From the NCBI GenBank assembly GCA_038087875.1, contig CM075987.1, positions 19,158,001-19,222,000 on the forward strand: 64,000 nucleotides of DNA. Direction: 5' to 3'. Positions 26,352-40,730 of the stretch are shown here, in pieces (within the stretch, counting starts at the first letter, position 1; every line of letters starts with the position of its first letter). The stretch is from Malacoraja senta (taxonomy: Eukaryota). A program made the translations under genes and the position numbers. Below the pieces are notes generated by a model that was not told the origin of the DNA, did not search any database, and was given only the letters and a program-made list of their open reading frames with translations.

Positions 26352-28040
26352 CAGTGCCCTCCATAATTTTTGGGACAAAGACCCATCATTTATTTATTTG
26401 TCTCTGTACTCCACAATATGAGATTTGTAATAGAAAAAAAATCACATGTTGTTAAAGTGCACATTGTCAGATTTTAATAAAGGCCATTTTTATACCTTTT
26501 GGTTTCACCATGTGGGAATTACAGCAGTGTTTATACATAGTTCCCCCCCCCCCCCCCCCCACACCCATTTCACTATAATGTTTGGGACACAGCAATGTCA
26601 TGTAAATGAAAGTAGTCATGTTTAGTATTTTGTTGCATATCCTTTGCATGCAATTACTGCTTTGAGTCTGCGATTCATGGACATCACCTGTTGCTGGGTG
26701 TCTTCGCTGGTGATGCTCTGCCAGGCCTGTATTACAGCCATCTTTAGCTTATGCTTGTTTTGGGTGCAAGTCCCCTTCAGGTTTCTCTTCAGCATATAAA
26801 AGGCATTCTCAATTGGGTTCAGATCGGGTGATTGATTTGGCCACTCAAGAATTTACCATTTTTTTGTTTTGAAAAAACCCTTTGTTGCTTTAGCAGTATG
26901 TGTGGGATCATTGTCTTGCTGTAGAATGAACCGCCAGCCAATGAGTTTTCAGGCATTTGTTTGAACTTGAGCAGATAGGATGTGTCTATACACTTCAGAA
27001 TTCATTATGCTACTACCATCAGCAGTTGTATCATCAATGAAGATAAGTGAGCCAGTAACTTCAGCAGCCATATATGTCCAGGCCATAACACCCCCCCCCC
27101 ACCACCGTGTTTCACAGATGAGGTGGTATGCTTTGGATCTTGGGCATTCCTCTCTCCTCCATACTTTGCTCTTGGCACCATTCTGATATAAGTTAATCTT
27201 CATCTCATCTGTCCACAAGACATTTTCCCAGAACTGTGGTTGCTCTTTTAAGTACTTCTTGGCAAGCTGTAACCTGGCCATCCTATTCTTGCAGCTAACC
27301 AGTGGTTTGCATCTTGCAGTGTAGCCTTTGTATTTCTGCTCATGAAGTCTTCTGCGGACAGTGGTCATTGACAAATCCGTACCTGACTCCTGAAGAGTGT
27401 TTCTGATCTGTCGGACAGGTGTTTGGGGATTTTTCTTTATTATAGAGAGAATTCTTCTGTCATCAGCTGTAGAGGTCTTCCTTGGCCTGCCAGTCCCATG
27501 GCGATTAGTAAGCTCGCCAGTGCTCTCTTTCTTCTTAATGATATTCCAAACAGTTGATTTTGTTAAGCCTATGGTTTGGCTGATGTCTCTAACAGTTTTA
27601 TTCTTGTTTCTCAGTCTCATAATGGCTTCTTTGACTTTCATTGGCACAACTTTGGTCCTCATGTTGCTAAACAGCAATAAACGTTTCCAAAGGTGATGGA
27701 AAGACTGGAGGAAAGACTAGGTGCTGAGAGCTCGCTTATACCTGCATTATGGAGGCAATTAAACACACCTGAGCAATTACAAATGCCTGTGAAGCCATGT
27801 GTCCCAAACATTATGGTGCCTTGAAATGGGGGTCTATGTATAAACATAGTAATTTCTGTAATGCTGTAATTTCTACATGGTGAAACCAAAATGTATAAAA
27901 ATGGCCTTTATTAAAATCTGACAGTGTGCACATTAGCCACATGTGATTTTTTTTTTTTCTAATACAAATCTCAAATTGTGGAGTACAGAGGCAAATAAAT
28001 AAATGACGGGTCTTTGTCCCAAACATTATGGAGGGCACTG
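26352..28040 (-). mobile_element. Full-length Tc1 DNA transposon, IR/DR type
   Basis: TA|CAGTGCCCTCC..GGAGGGCACTG|TA; ~240-bp TIRs each carrying two ATAAT(G/T)TTTGGGACA direct repeats; 1689 bp. Confidence 0.96.
26622..27662 (-). pseudogene. Tc1 transposase pseudogene, DD34E
   Basis: GRPRK AT-hook, VLWTDE, QQDND..34 residues..NPIE, ends GYATKY*; frameshift near 27150 and in-frame stops. Confidence 0.93.
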
Positions 28041-31000
28041 TACTTCACATGGTTTCTCAAACTGAAATAAACACATTTTCACCAGTAAGCCATGCTTTAA
28101 TGATTGTAATGAAAGATTTTTGGAATCGGTGTGAAACCATTACTCTAGCCCTCACAGAATATTTTTAGGTATGCGGATTTTTTAAAGGCTTAGAATTGAT
28201 GTTGGGTTTGGAGAGGAGACTTTGGATATCAGCATCCGCAGTCTTTTGAAGAATAAGAAGAAAGTGCTGGAGGAACTCGCAAGCAAGCAGCATCTGTGGA
28301 GGCACAGGTGCTTTGGGTCGATACCCTGCATCTAGATTGAGAATGCGAAGGGGAGATAGCTGATATCAAGGTGAGAGAGAAAGGCAACATTTTATATGCA
28401 ATTTCGATAGGATTGTACATATTTAGACCCGTCCGTCTCTTTTCCTGTATTATCCTCTGGCTGTCCTCGCAGAATCCGTTATTGTTTCAATTCAGTTCAG
28501 TAGTTCTCTGAGTGATTGTAGCAATTCTTGAACATCAATGCATCCAAAATAGTAAGTCAACTATTCATGTAACGCATTTAATGGAGTGAAATGTCCCAAG
28601 ATATTTGATGAGTGATTGTCAAACAAAAACACCCCATTTTCCTTCCTAATTCCATGCATGTTGACTTTGATGAATAATGTACAAGAACACCCAAGCCTCT
28701 CTGGACACTAATTTGTTTCAATCTCTTACAATATAAAGACAAAATGCCTCATTCAATTTGCACGAAAATAGAATTATGATGCCACAGTTTTCCACGCCCT
28801 GTTCTATGTGTTGCAATCTTGAGATGATTGCATTAATTTCCATATCTGTTACAGTGGACATTATATGCTGGGATTGACCATACACACAATTTGTACTGTA
28901 ACCATTCTCAACTTGTCACATTTACCTAGTGAAGTTATACTGCTGTGTAGGGAGTATCTGCTCTAGTTTTGATCCAAACTTTGAGGGACCCCCATAAATT
29001 GAAACCCCAAATACTGCCCCACCTCCTTCTCCTCATTGGCAGACGTGTGTATACTCCAATTAGACATTGGGTTCCAAATGGGCCACTAAGTCTGAGGCAA
29101 GTTCTGCATGAGTAGTGCTAATTGTCAAGTTGTAAAGAACTACAATGCTATAAAATTGATGCAACATGTGCAGTCACAAACCAACTACATGGCGGCACAG
29201 ACTGTAGGTTGGTGTAGTTGCAATGCTTTGGTGAACCGGCACTTTCTAACTAACAGGTGGACGACTGTGAAGCTGGCGCCATTGAGGCTGAATGCTCAAG
29301 TCTAAACAAGACAAAAATGTAAAAAGACAAAAATACTTTTGTCTTTGGTATCTGATGGGTAAACATGATAGTTGAATAGAGTTTGAAGTACAGCCTGTAT
29401 AAATTGTGGATGGGCATGTGGAACTTGTTATAATCTTTAAAATAAATGTTATGGTGAGAGTGCACCAGGCCACCATGTATCGTTGATCTTTGCTGCTAGA
29501 CTCTGATTCTGTGCAGCATCCCAAATGGCTCATAGCTGGCAGGCTCCACAGAATCCCGAATCAGCATCTGCAGTTCCTTGCTACAGAATCCCTGTTAGTT
29601 CCATTCAGTCGTTCTCTGATGTGATTGCAGCAACTTGCACATTAATGGATCATGATAGTGATGGTCAACTACTCATGTCGTACAATTAATGGAGTAAAAT
29701 GTCCTAAGATACTTGACAAGAGTGGTTGTCAAACCAAATGACCAAATAATCTGCTTTGGGTGGAGGTTGAGAAATGAATATTTGTAGAGGTAAGGGAAAG
29801 CTCTACAATTTATCTTTGAAAATCCTATGGGATTTTTTAATATCCATTTAAGAAGCATTTGTAAGCTCATTTTGATATTTTTCATAAAGAGAGAATGATG
29901 ATGGCACCCGTTCAGAAGATTTATTGATTCAAATCAAGTGATAGCCACAATTGACTGGGGAAGGACATCATCATTTTGATTCAATCGGCCTTGTGAAATA
30001 GAATTGTCAGTACAGCTTGTTTTTGTTTAGTGTTTTTATATAGCGTTCAGAATTAGACTGTCTTTCTGCAGCACTTGTTAAACAAGTAAGTAAATATGTA
30101 TGTACACCCCTATTAACGAATGCGTAGAAAGCCAGTTTCGGATGCGATGGGAGGTTATCAGAACAAATCCAGTGTAATTTATTTCTTTGTGCATTTGATT
30201 AAACACAAAGCCGAGGTTTTGTTAAAAGTGAATCAACAGCTCCTTCGATTACATTGTGCAAATGCAAAGATTAACCTCGCTTTTGTTGTGCAGCAATCAC
30301 GGTATTTTTCCCTGGTCTGTGTTCAGAGCAAGGTTACCATAGTGATGAGATCAGAAGCTGCTGTCCCATTATGGTGTCGGAGTTGGGCATTCACAACAAA
30401 AGCAAACAATCCCCGATGACGAATACTCATCAGAGAGCTTTAATGGATGAATTTCATTCATCGTAGAAAAATTTCCAGAAAATGGAAAACGCTGGAAATA
30501 ATCAGGAGGCCAAACAGCATCCGGAGAGAGCAAAATACAGTTAGTGGGCTGGATGGTACAACTGCTGTAACAGTGTATACTTGCTGCTATTACAGCTCAG
30601 AAGATGAACAGGCCAGCAATTTCCTTTGCAGTCACCGATTCATCGACCTGCTTGCTGGCGAACCTGTTCCCACGCCACATTGCTGGGACTTGAATCTCCT
30701 CACCTTCTCATCAGCAGGGAGCTTCTTGCTCAATTAATGAGGATCCACAGCTATTATATCATGCATCAGAATCGCAGGTACAGGTCTCCATCTAGTACTA
30801 CAGGATCAGTGTTGCACAATGTGGGGGACCAAAGTACAGCATGAAGGAATTTTGCAAAGTATTTTAAACAATAAATTGAAATAGAGATTTAGGGCAAGAT
30901 GGCTTTCTACATATAAATACGAGCGCATATTCAACAATAGGATTATTATTTTTTTAGAGTTCAGACTATTTCAAATCTTAATTGTTGAAAGAGTTCAAAT

Positions 31001-31547
31001 CAAGTGGGCAATTGTAATAGCAGTCATTAACAATATAAGAAATGGAAGCATTACCTTGTCTTTTTTGAACCTGTTTTAACATTCAGCAACATCATTGACT
31101 GATCTTCTTCCTCATCACCAATTTCCTGTCCTATAACCGCATCCCATGATTCATCAAATCATCAAACTGTTTTGATCTCAGTTTTAAATGACATCATGGA
31201 CTGAGCAGGGAAGTCATTTCCAAGGATCTACCGCCCTTTGAGTGGTTATAGAGTCGCAGTTTTGACAGAAATGAGCCCTTCAGGCCAAACTGTCCATGCC
31301 AGCCAAGTTGGCTCCTGGGCTAGTTTTTGGCTTGTATTCCTCTAAACCTTTTTTATCTGTGCTGCTATTTTAAACATTGTCATTGTACCTGACTCTACTA
31401 CTTCCTCTGGCAGCTCGTTTAAAAAGCTGCTCATCTGTCCCTTTCAGTCTTCCTCTTCTCACCATTAAATTCATGCCCTCTATTTATAGACTCCCCTATC
31501 CTGAGAATAAAGAGTGTGATTGTACACCTTATGAAAGCCCCCTCGTG

Positions 31548-31548
<1 letters not shown>

Positions 31549-31578
<30 letters not shown>
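31549..31578. repeat. (AT)n microsatellite inside a decayed CR1 fragment
   Basis: Seen directly. Confidence 0.9.
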
Positions 31579-31582
<4 letters not shown>

Positions 31583-32967
31583 CGTCCATAAGGTCATCCA
31601 TCACTTGAAGGGAAAAAGCCCCACTTTTAGCTGTTTCAGACTGCCAGCAATTCCTCTTTCTTGATGTAAATATTTCAAAACATCACAATTATCTTCCCTG
31701 AATTCCCCAGCTTCCATTACTTCATGGTAAATTCAGATGAAAAATGTTATTTTAAGATTTGTTTCTTCTCTTTTCAATCACAAATGCATGGCTTGTATTT
31801 TCGGGAAACATCCCCTTTGTATCTCCCCTGCTGAGCCTTCTAAGAATTGTGAACCTTTCAATTATGTCATTTCTTGTCCTTCCTCAGCGTTTCTGTTTTT
31901 ATGGCCAAAGGAGACAACCTCACATTGAACGACATTGTCATTCTATCTGCCATGTTATTGCCTATTCAGCTTTTCTATATTCTTAAAAGTCTCTCTGCAT
32001 CCTAATGATCATTGATACTCCCCATCTGGTATTGTGTCATCAGCAAATGTTTGGCCTTCTCTGCCAAATTGTTGATGTCGATTAAAAACCGTTGGAGTTG
32101 TGGTATCTGCAAAGTTCACTGCCTCCCAACCAAAGAAAGACCAGTTTATTCCTGCTCTTGGTTTTAAAAATATTGATTAACTCTCAATGCAAATTGGTAA
32201 ATTATCCCCAATTCAGTGTGCTGCAACTTCATTCTGCAATCTTCTGGGGGAAATCTTATTTAAAACCAACAGGAAATCTAATTACACCACATCCACTTGT
32301 TTCACCCCACCTCCTTGTCCACTCTACATTCTTGAAGAATTCCAGCAGATGACTTAAACATGATTTCCCTTTTATGATTTGTTGTTGTTGGTGGTTTTTC
32401 TCAGTCTCTCTTATTTTATGAATGTCTTATCTCATCCTTGATTTATGGCGTCATGATGGGCACCATTGATCAAACTGAAGATTACATTTAGAGTTGAGAG
32501 AAGATTTATGAACCCCAACCAGCCCAGGTAAAAGCAGTCAGGTACCACTACCAAATAATATATTTACAGCTGTAATGCTTTGGAGAGTATTGTGGTGTGT
32601 GTTTGAGAATATGGTGGGATAATTCAAGACCCTTTGAAGTTTATTGCCATATGCACAAAATCTTACTTCCAGCAGTATTCACAGACCAATAGACTCAGAC
32701 AACACAATATATTCTACATAAAGTTTACAAGACAGCAAAAGGAAAAAGACTACGCAAATGAAAAAAGGCAAGAACACAATTAGAAAACAAGTCCATGGTA
32801 GTGCAAATGGTAGTCTGTTGTGTTCTGTTATTGAGGTATGATTACCCAGGGGCGGAAATTGCTCCATGAAACATGGGGGGGACACACACAGATTCTTGGT
32901 GCGCGTGAGGCTTCGGAGCCTTCAGCCGTGGGCCCTGTGGATGGTAACATCGGGAGCTGACCTGTTT

Positions 32968-33140
32968 AAGAAGGAACTGCAGATGCTGGAAAAATCTAAG
33001 GTAGATAAAAATGCTGGAGAAACTCGGTGGGTGAGGCAGCATCTATGGAGTGTCTGAAGAAGGGTCTCGACCTGAAACGTCACCTATTCCTTCGCTCCAT
33101 CGACGCTACCGCACCTGCTGAGTTTCTCCATCATTTTTAT
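32968..33140. mobile_element. Penelope-like fold-back mini-element with hammerhead motif (33054-33081, + strand)
   Basis: Inverted arm joined to GTCTGAAGAAGGGTCTCGACCTGAAACGTCACC. Confidence 0.8.
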
Positions 33141-33240
33141 GAGCTAAATTATGACCAAAAAAAGATCTCAAGTACAATAGAAATTAAAACTAAATGCATA
33201 GGTAGTTAAATTTGCCACAAAAGTACATACCTAAAATGTA

Positions 33241-34809
33241 TTAATAACTTGTCCTTAGGAACAGAATTGCTTCTGTCAGATCCTCTTTCATTGAAGCCCT
33301 TCAATCTGATTTAATTATTTTCAGTGCGGAGAACAGTCACTCCACGCTGACCTGAGTGGGTGGTGTGGCTGTTACTATCATAGCTGCAAATTTGACTATT
33401 TCTGGATAAGCAGGGATGACTTCTTGTACTACAAGTTTAGATGAGCGATCATATTTCTCTACTTCTTTCAAACCACCAAGAAAATCTTGCTTAAATTCCA
33501 ATAGTTTAACATCAAAAGGCTGCATTCGCACGTTTAAACGGGAACGCTTTGCTCTTGACTGTTCAATTTTATCTAAATATTTTGCAATATCTGACCATCA
33601 TTTTAAGAGGATGAGAAGGATTTGGTACTCCCATCTTCATTTTGTGTTTCTGACTTTTCAGGTAGTAGCCCTTTTATCCAAACTGCGACATCACAGAGTG
33701 CCTATTTTGCTTTGGCAATTTGATCTTCACTCAACAAGATTCGGTTCATTGGATCTATGTAGATAGCAGCTAACAAGATCTGATTTTCAAGTAGCAGACC
33801 CTCTCTTTTCTTCATTGACGATACAATTCTTTCAGCAATTCATCCTCCAGCTTTGGATAGGTGAAATATTAAATGTTTCCACTCCCATAGGAATGTACCA
33901 GGAGTTAAATCCTCTGCTTGCAGCTTTTTGGTGACTGCATGAGGGTGAGCAAGCAGAGCTTCTAATTGTGATACTAACCTCCATTGAATTTTAGTCAGTA
34001 AGACACTGGGATTATCAATGTCTTCTAGAAAGGGTTTTAGGTCATGCAAACGCTTAACCATCTTATATGTGCTGCCCCAGAGAGTTGCTTGGTCCAAAAT
34101 AGCTCCCTTTCCTGCACATCTCTGGAGGATAGCATCAATTTTAGAGGTCCTGGCTACTGTGGCAACTTGCCTCCCCTTACCTATCAGAGTAGCTGGATGG
34201 CGTTCTTTCAATCCATCTCTTATTGCTAGTTGCAATGTATGTACAGCACAACGCATATGTTGGATTAGACAGAGCTGAGATACCTCCTCAACAATATCAT
34301 CTGACGTTTCATCATTATGTTCTATTTCTGCTGTTTCAGTTTCAGAATATCCCTTTCAGTAGTGACTTTTTCTTCTTCAACTTTATTAATCTTTTCTATT
34401 GTGCTTAGCATATTTGAAGCATTATCAGTGACGATGCATGGAATCTGGTCTTTCTTAATTTCAAAATCTTTCAAAATTTCTTCCACTACGTTCTGGAGTT
34501 AAATGTTCTCATGATGTGCATTGGTGTCCTTTACTCCTAATGTCCGAGTTACTATTTTATTGTTTTCATCAACAAATCTAGCATTGATGGCAAAATAGTT
34601 AACTCTGTGACTATTGGCACACGGCAGATGGCAGCACCGATGTGATTTCTTATTCTCTCGGGTGGAAATAAAGTGTGCGGTTTGTTTAAAAAGCGGGATT
34701 TGTTTTCTGATTTACGTAGTCTCTGAAATTTATGTTGAGGTCTAAGTCGGGACTTTTTTACCGACTCCTGCTCCGACTCCGACTCGACGACTCCAACTCC
34801 ACAGCCCGG
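33241..34809 (-). mobile_element. hAT-superfamily transposon remnant (transposase pseudogene plus one terminus)
   Basis: IVTDNASN, RCAVHTLQLA (CxxH), TLWGSTY, C-terminal PPTQVSVE*LFSALKIIK..AILFLRT dimerisation motif; terminus GGGCTGTGGAGTTGGAGTCG with GGAGTC subterminal repeats. Confidence 0.88.
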
Positions 34810-37059
34810 GTGCTTAGTCAAGCATGCGTTCGTGCACACAACACTTGCAGCAATTGTGTATGCATCTGGCTGGATTAATTTCTATTGTATTGTACAATGA
34901 ACTATTCCAGCAGCCAAAATCTTGTACTGTATTCCTTTCAGATGGAACAAAGCTCTATGCAGCAAATATGTCAAGCATCTAATTGAACATTTATTGTCTA
35001 ATTTATTCATGTTTTTGGCACAGTAATGAACTTTAACAATCGCAGTTACATGTATTTATGAAGCGCCACTGCGTAATAAAATATCGCAAAATGCTTCACA
35101 ATGTGCTTATCAAATAAGAATTTGGCAGAGTTCCACCCTCACTGATTATTGGATGTTATATTAGCTGTTCTGACAAACCTAATTGAATAGCCTCAAAGTT
35201 CATATTGAGTGAGATCACTCAGGGTTGCATGAGATTGAGCAGATGACCAAAGATGATTGTTTGGTTGATAGAACAAGAAAGCAGATACATTAGCATTCGA
35301 CGAGAGGAATCCATTAACAATATCGGCTAACGTTGCAACAAAAAGAAAATTGGTGGTCCGTGGTTTGATTGAAAGAGCATGAGTCTCATGTTTTGAACTT
35401 GGAGCAAGCATATAAGGAGTTCAGAGTGGATCTTGAGGAAAATGTGATTGGGGAGCAAGAAACATGGAAAGTAATGGACGTGAACTATGAGAAATGGGGT
35501 TGTGATAGGCCAGTACGAATCTTAGAAACAATGAGAACTCTTATTATTAAAAGTGGTGTCTGAAGGAGAAACAAATAGCTCAAGAAATCAACTTGTGGCA
35601 ATAAGAAAAATTCTTTCAAATCCTTTGATCTTGGAATAATGCAGTTTTAGTAAAAGGAAAGCATGTGGCAACGTGGTCCAGTCAAATCTGACATTGATGC
35701 CGAACCGATTTTCTGCTGGAGATATTTCAACCCTTAATCCTTTGATTTCAGAACATAGGGTAAAGGTAGACCTTGAAATGTGATGATAAGTTTTTTTTAT
35801 TAGAGACAAAGAGCATCTTAGGGTTGTGATTCACCAGATCACTAGCTGCAGTGATATGGTTAGAGGACTGAAGGCTTGAAAACTGGCATTTTGGAAGTTA
35901 TTTCAGGGGAAGCTTGTTCCAGAGCCATACCCAGAGAATTGGTGTTTGGAGAATTAGGATATGAGGTACAGGAGTAGACAGTAAAACATGAAAAAAAAAC
36001 CAAGTCATTTCATTTTATAGTTCTAATGATAGTAGAAGGGCCAGGTTAAATGGTAAGATTAATGGGATGGCTTTGACTCTGGAGGGAAGAGATCGTAAAT
36101 AATTGGACAATCAAATGAGAGGAGAAAGGATTTGAAAGGTTGAGTAAATGGTTGAAATTGTCTTGAGTGAGTAACCATTCAATGGTGGTTGAGCAAAGAA
36201 AGCAGAACAAAGTAAATCCATCTACAAACGTGGCATGAGATGTTTGTAGATGGTAAAGATCGATTTGATGTCCTGATGTCTTCATATATTATTGACAGAG
36301 GAATACCACTGTTCAAGACACCAGGAATAATTCCTGTGTCAATCTTAAAAATACTGCCATAGAATCTATTACACTCTTTTGGAGAGGATAGACAGGACTT
36401 TGGCTGAACATCTTATTTGAAAAAGCATTTTGTTAATATTGTGTAGAATTCTTCACTCTCCATCATTGGACTACCATCAAACATTATTCCAAATAGAGCA
36501 CCACCATATCTTTATACAGTTCAAAGGAAATTTGGGGGAATATTATTGTTATTCATGATTGAAATACAGCATGAGGTAAAGGGGTTTGAGTTCAAATTGA
36601 GTCAAGAGATCTCATAAATGTAAGAAGAGCTTTTTAATCATTCATCTTGGTTGAAGAAAATTGACGTCTTCTCTAAATTTAGCTTTGACGAATAAGTGGC
36701 TCTTTCTTGCCTTTTTTTTAAAAAACTCTGTGGTTTTCCTCGTGTTGGGCATTCAGTTCAAAATACAATCAGAACCTGATAAACTTTGCACTTTGTCATT
36801 TGTTCGCTCAGAAATTTTGTGTTTGAAACCAAATTTATATCGGATTAAGATTATTAAACACTGCAGACAAAGATGTTCTTATGTTTTCAGCTCATACATG
36901 GCTTCTTTTAAACCCTTGGGGCATGTTTTCAATCAGCAATTCTATTTTGATAAAGCAGATGAAGGCTTACACTTCTGAAACCATATCCTGTTCAAATTCG
37001 GCTGTCCATTCTTTTTCTGCTATTCACAATGTCTTATTACCAAAGACGCGTCCAACCCT

Positions 37060-37423
37060 GATCATACCTTCTCCTCTTCTCTGATCCTGTCTGGCAGAAG
37101 GTACAGAAGCTTGAAAGTGTGCACAACCAGACTCGGGAACAGCTTCTTCCCCTCTGTTATTAGGCTTCTGAACAGTCCTTCCATGAACTAGGGTACTGTT
37201 TGATTCACCACAATTCCATTGTGGACATTGGACTCTTGTCTCTGGAACTGATGTGCTACAGTGCTGAGAACTACATTCTGCACTTTGTAATTTCCCCATT
37301 GCTCTATCTATTGTACTTAAAGTTTGACTTGATTTTATTTATGTATAACATATCTCTTCTGTTTGGATAGCATGCACCCTGTACCTCGTACCCTAAACCG
37401 TGTGACAATAATAAACCTAAACC
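37060..37423 (+). mobile_element. Rex1/Babar LINE 3' end
   Basis: SGRRYRSLK..TTRLGNSFFPSVIRLLN motif; tail gtgacaataataaacctaaacct. Confidence 0.8.
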
Positions 37424-37694
37424 TCCCTTTCGCGTTGTTACTTATTTTTCATCGTGTACATCTTCCACCATGAACCTTCAAGTATAGTCTATTTTAACCT
37501 TGTGTTCTGTCCTGGACCTGTGTGCATTCCTACATTCCCTTCTTTTCTCAATCTAAAACTACTGATACCTTTCTGTTTGCAGTGATCTTCTTGAATCCCT
37601 CAGTTTTTCTTTCCCTCATCTCTCCCCGTTCACTTTCAAAAGATTCTGTAAAAGCTTATCTCTTGTTGAAGAAAGCTTTCTGTCTACTTTTAGT

Positions 37695-37722
<28 letters not shown>
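37695..37722. repeat. (CT)n microsatellite
   Basis: Seen directly. Confidence 0.9.
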
Positions 37723-37726
<4 letters not shown>

Positions 37727-39852
37727 TTTGCTTGAGACCACAACACCTTCCGTCACTATCTCTCACCTTAAATGTTGACATGCTTAATTAACTTAGAAGT
37801 GCAAGATAAATTTGTTGGCGTCTCCATGTTAAATATTCAATGGTCTGTTCATACACGAGTACACGCTTTCTAGTGTGTGTGTGTGTGAGAGTGTAAAACA
37901 TGAGGGGGGGGGTTCAGTCATTGCCATTTCAGAAGTTGGATGACATTTTTGCCTCTTTTCCTTTGTCACTTTATTTCTTAGATTCAACCTGCTTTAACCC
38001 ATCCTTGTTTCTCCAAGCTTTATATTGCCTCTGTAAACCTAAGGGGAAAGAAAGGCAAACTTGTGCTGCTCCATTGATGATTCAAACTTTTTTTTTTTTC
38101 CTTGGTTTCCTGGCCAATATTTATTATTATTCCTTTATTTATAAATTAACATCATTAAAATCAGACTATTTGGTCATTATGAAGTTTCTTACTGTACATT
38201 AACCTGCATATTTTTAAATTGTGACAATGCCTTTTTCTCTTCCATAGTATTTTGTTCATTGTAATATGCTAATGATAAACTGAAGGCTTGAAAGGACTGT
38301 ACATATGCAAGTCTTTTTAACTTGTAATGTGTGTGGTTGTGCATAGACATGTATTTATAGTCTCCTAAATTATATTTATGCTCCTTCTGAATGCCAAAAA
38401 ACACATTTTGACCATTTCAAAAACATTCTAAGCGTAAGTGATAAATTATTACTTGGATCACATGACCTAATTTGAAAGCATAAATTTGCCAATCAAATCT
38501 CAGTAGTGGTTTCTGTGGAGCTACAGCAATAAGCAAAGCAGTTATTTAAAGCAGCATGATACAGGAGAACGTACATTCTGACTTCAACGTGTAACAGGAA
38601 GCCAGCAGGGCCTGAGAATAATCCTTTGAACATGATATGGCTTGCCTAACTCCTCACCCTGCAGAATTGTGGAAACATTATCTTGGAGGCTCTGATAATG
38701 TGTATCTTTGCTTTCAAAGAAGGTATGTCACAATGCAAATGATATGTACTTTTAAACAATAAATGTAGTAGTCTATGGATGCTTCTGAATGTATTTGATG
38801 CCGAGGTCTAGCGTTATCTTCATAGACTGATGTGGATCTGTTAGGATCATGACCATTTGTATTCTTGTTTGCTGCTAGATTTGTGCATATGAGCTTGAAA
38901 TTAAATGGAAATCTACACACTGGGTGTATCTAGCACAGATAGAAAAAGAGCATAATATTTGAGGAAAGATGAGGTCTTGAAGTGAGCAAGTCATTTCTTT
39001 TTAAAATACATGCCCCCAGCTGTGGTACAGTTGTGGGAAATTGCTTTACTTCAGAAATAGAATTTGCATAAATAGTAACTGAAAATTCTTGTACATTTTT
39101 ATAAAAGCATAATTAAGGGCATAATTGTAGTATCAAGCTCTCCTACTTTTATTCTACATTTGTACTTTACGGATAATTTATTTTATAAAATGATTATTTC
39201 AAGGTTTTCCATCGAGATTTCTCTGCCTTCTGGGTCAGCATAAGCTTTTCAATCCAGGGATGAATACAAGCCAAGGAATCTTAGATCTCTTTAATGCCCA
39301 GTTTGTTTTGGAACTTGGTTTCGGTTGCAGTTTTAGTTGGAATTTTATTTGTTATCATTACTGATTTTAGTTGGGATAAGTCAAGTCACTTTTATTTCTA
39401 TAGCACATTTTAAAAACATCTCTCGTTGGCCAAAGTGCTTTACATTAGAAACTGCTTTGATGAGCGAGAATGATTTATTTACAGTCTAGATGCGCTGTTG
39501 ATGCAAAAGTGGGAAAAAGTATCAAAAGTGTTGAATCTGACTTTTTTTTAACCAGACTACAAACCATTTTAAAGTTCTGATCTAGTCAGCCATTTCAAAC
39601 ACAGTGGATAGGTTTTCCTGCTTAGAGAGATTTAGGTGATTGAAATAATCAAATACATCTGCCAGATATGCAAGCTTAGCACGATGTTGGAAATTGTGAA
39701 ACTATTCTACCAAGGCAGAAAGCTTCAAGTTCACATTGCATTTCAGTCAGTTTCAAACTTTCCAAGGGGGAAAATATCACACTTCAGCAAATAAAAGTAG
39801 GTGATGGTCACCTGCAATTCCATTTCACTGCAGCATAGGCGTGACAACTGAG

Positions 39853-40015
39853 AAAACGTTGCGGTCGAGACCCTTCTTCAGACGAAGTCTGGTATGAAGA
39901 ATGGTCTCTACCCGAAACATCACCCATTCTTTCTTTCCAGAGACGCCTGTCCCGCTGAGTTACTCCAGCATTTTGTGTCCATCTTCGGTGTAAACCAGCA
40001 TCTGCAGTTCTTTCC
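39853..40015. mobile_element. Penelope-like pLTR with short inverted arm
   Basis: gtcgagacccttcttcagac opposed to atgaagaatggtctctacccgaaacatc, then the family tail. Confidence 0.7.
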
Positions 40016-40730
40016 AACGTTATTCATAGTTTTAATTATGTGACAAAGTGGTTGTTAAAGCTCGAGAGGCAATTGCTTGGCTATCAATATCTCTGCATGA
40101 ATGCAGCAATTTGTTGCTTCAGCATCTGGTGCATTTTCTCTCCCTCTGGCCACGGCACCTAAATGTCCACGTCATTGCAGCTGCTCACCAGTGCACATCC
40201 CTGTTTAGTCTGAAGAAGGGTCCCAACCCAAATTCTCCAGAGATGCTGCCTGCAGGCTGTGTTACTCCAGCCATTTTTGTCTATCCTCCAGCATCATCCT
40301 TTGGAATCCATGCCCTAAATATATTTTGTGCTTAATTCAACATATTCAACATATTTCAGCATCAGTCGTTTTTTTCTGGCAGTTCTTCACAGTGCAGTAA
40401 ATCTAAATGGAAGGCCCCTTCAAAGTCGTGTAAACTGACTCGTCCAACTGCATTGCAAACTCGCCTGATATCCCAGCAGTTGTTTAAGATTACAATATTA
40501 GTGATTCAATGTGAGACAATAAGATTTGACAAAGAAATTTTGATAATTTTCTCAGTATTTATTACCCAAAGATGAATGATGGATATGTATTATTGAAGGC
40601 ATTATTGTCATCATCTATTGTAAGGGGTGATTTACATTTGGCAGTCTAGTGAGCCGGGAGATCAGCTTTTGATGTAACTTCATTTGTCATTATCGCAGAA
40701 TGTATCTTTGGTTGAGGTGCCACTTGATCA

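Noticed and set aside
32847-32890. CAGGGGCGGAAATT..GGGGGGGACAC as the second terminus of the hAT at 33241-34809
   Set aside because: Does not match the GGGCTGTGGAGT terminus and no TSD was found; probably an unrelated fragment.
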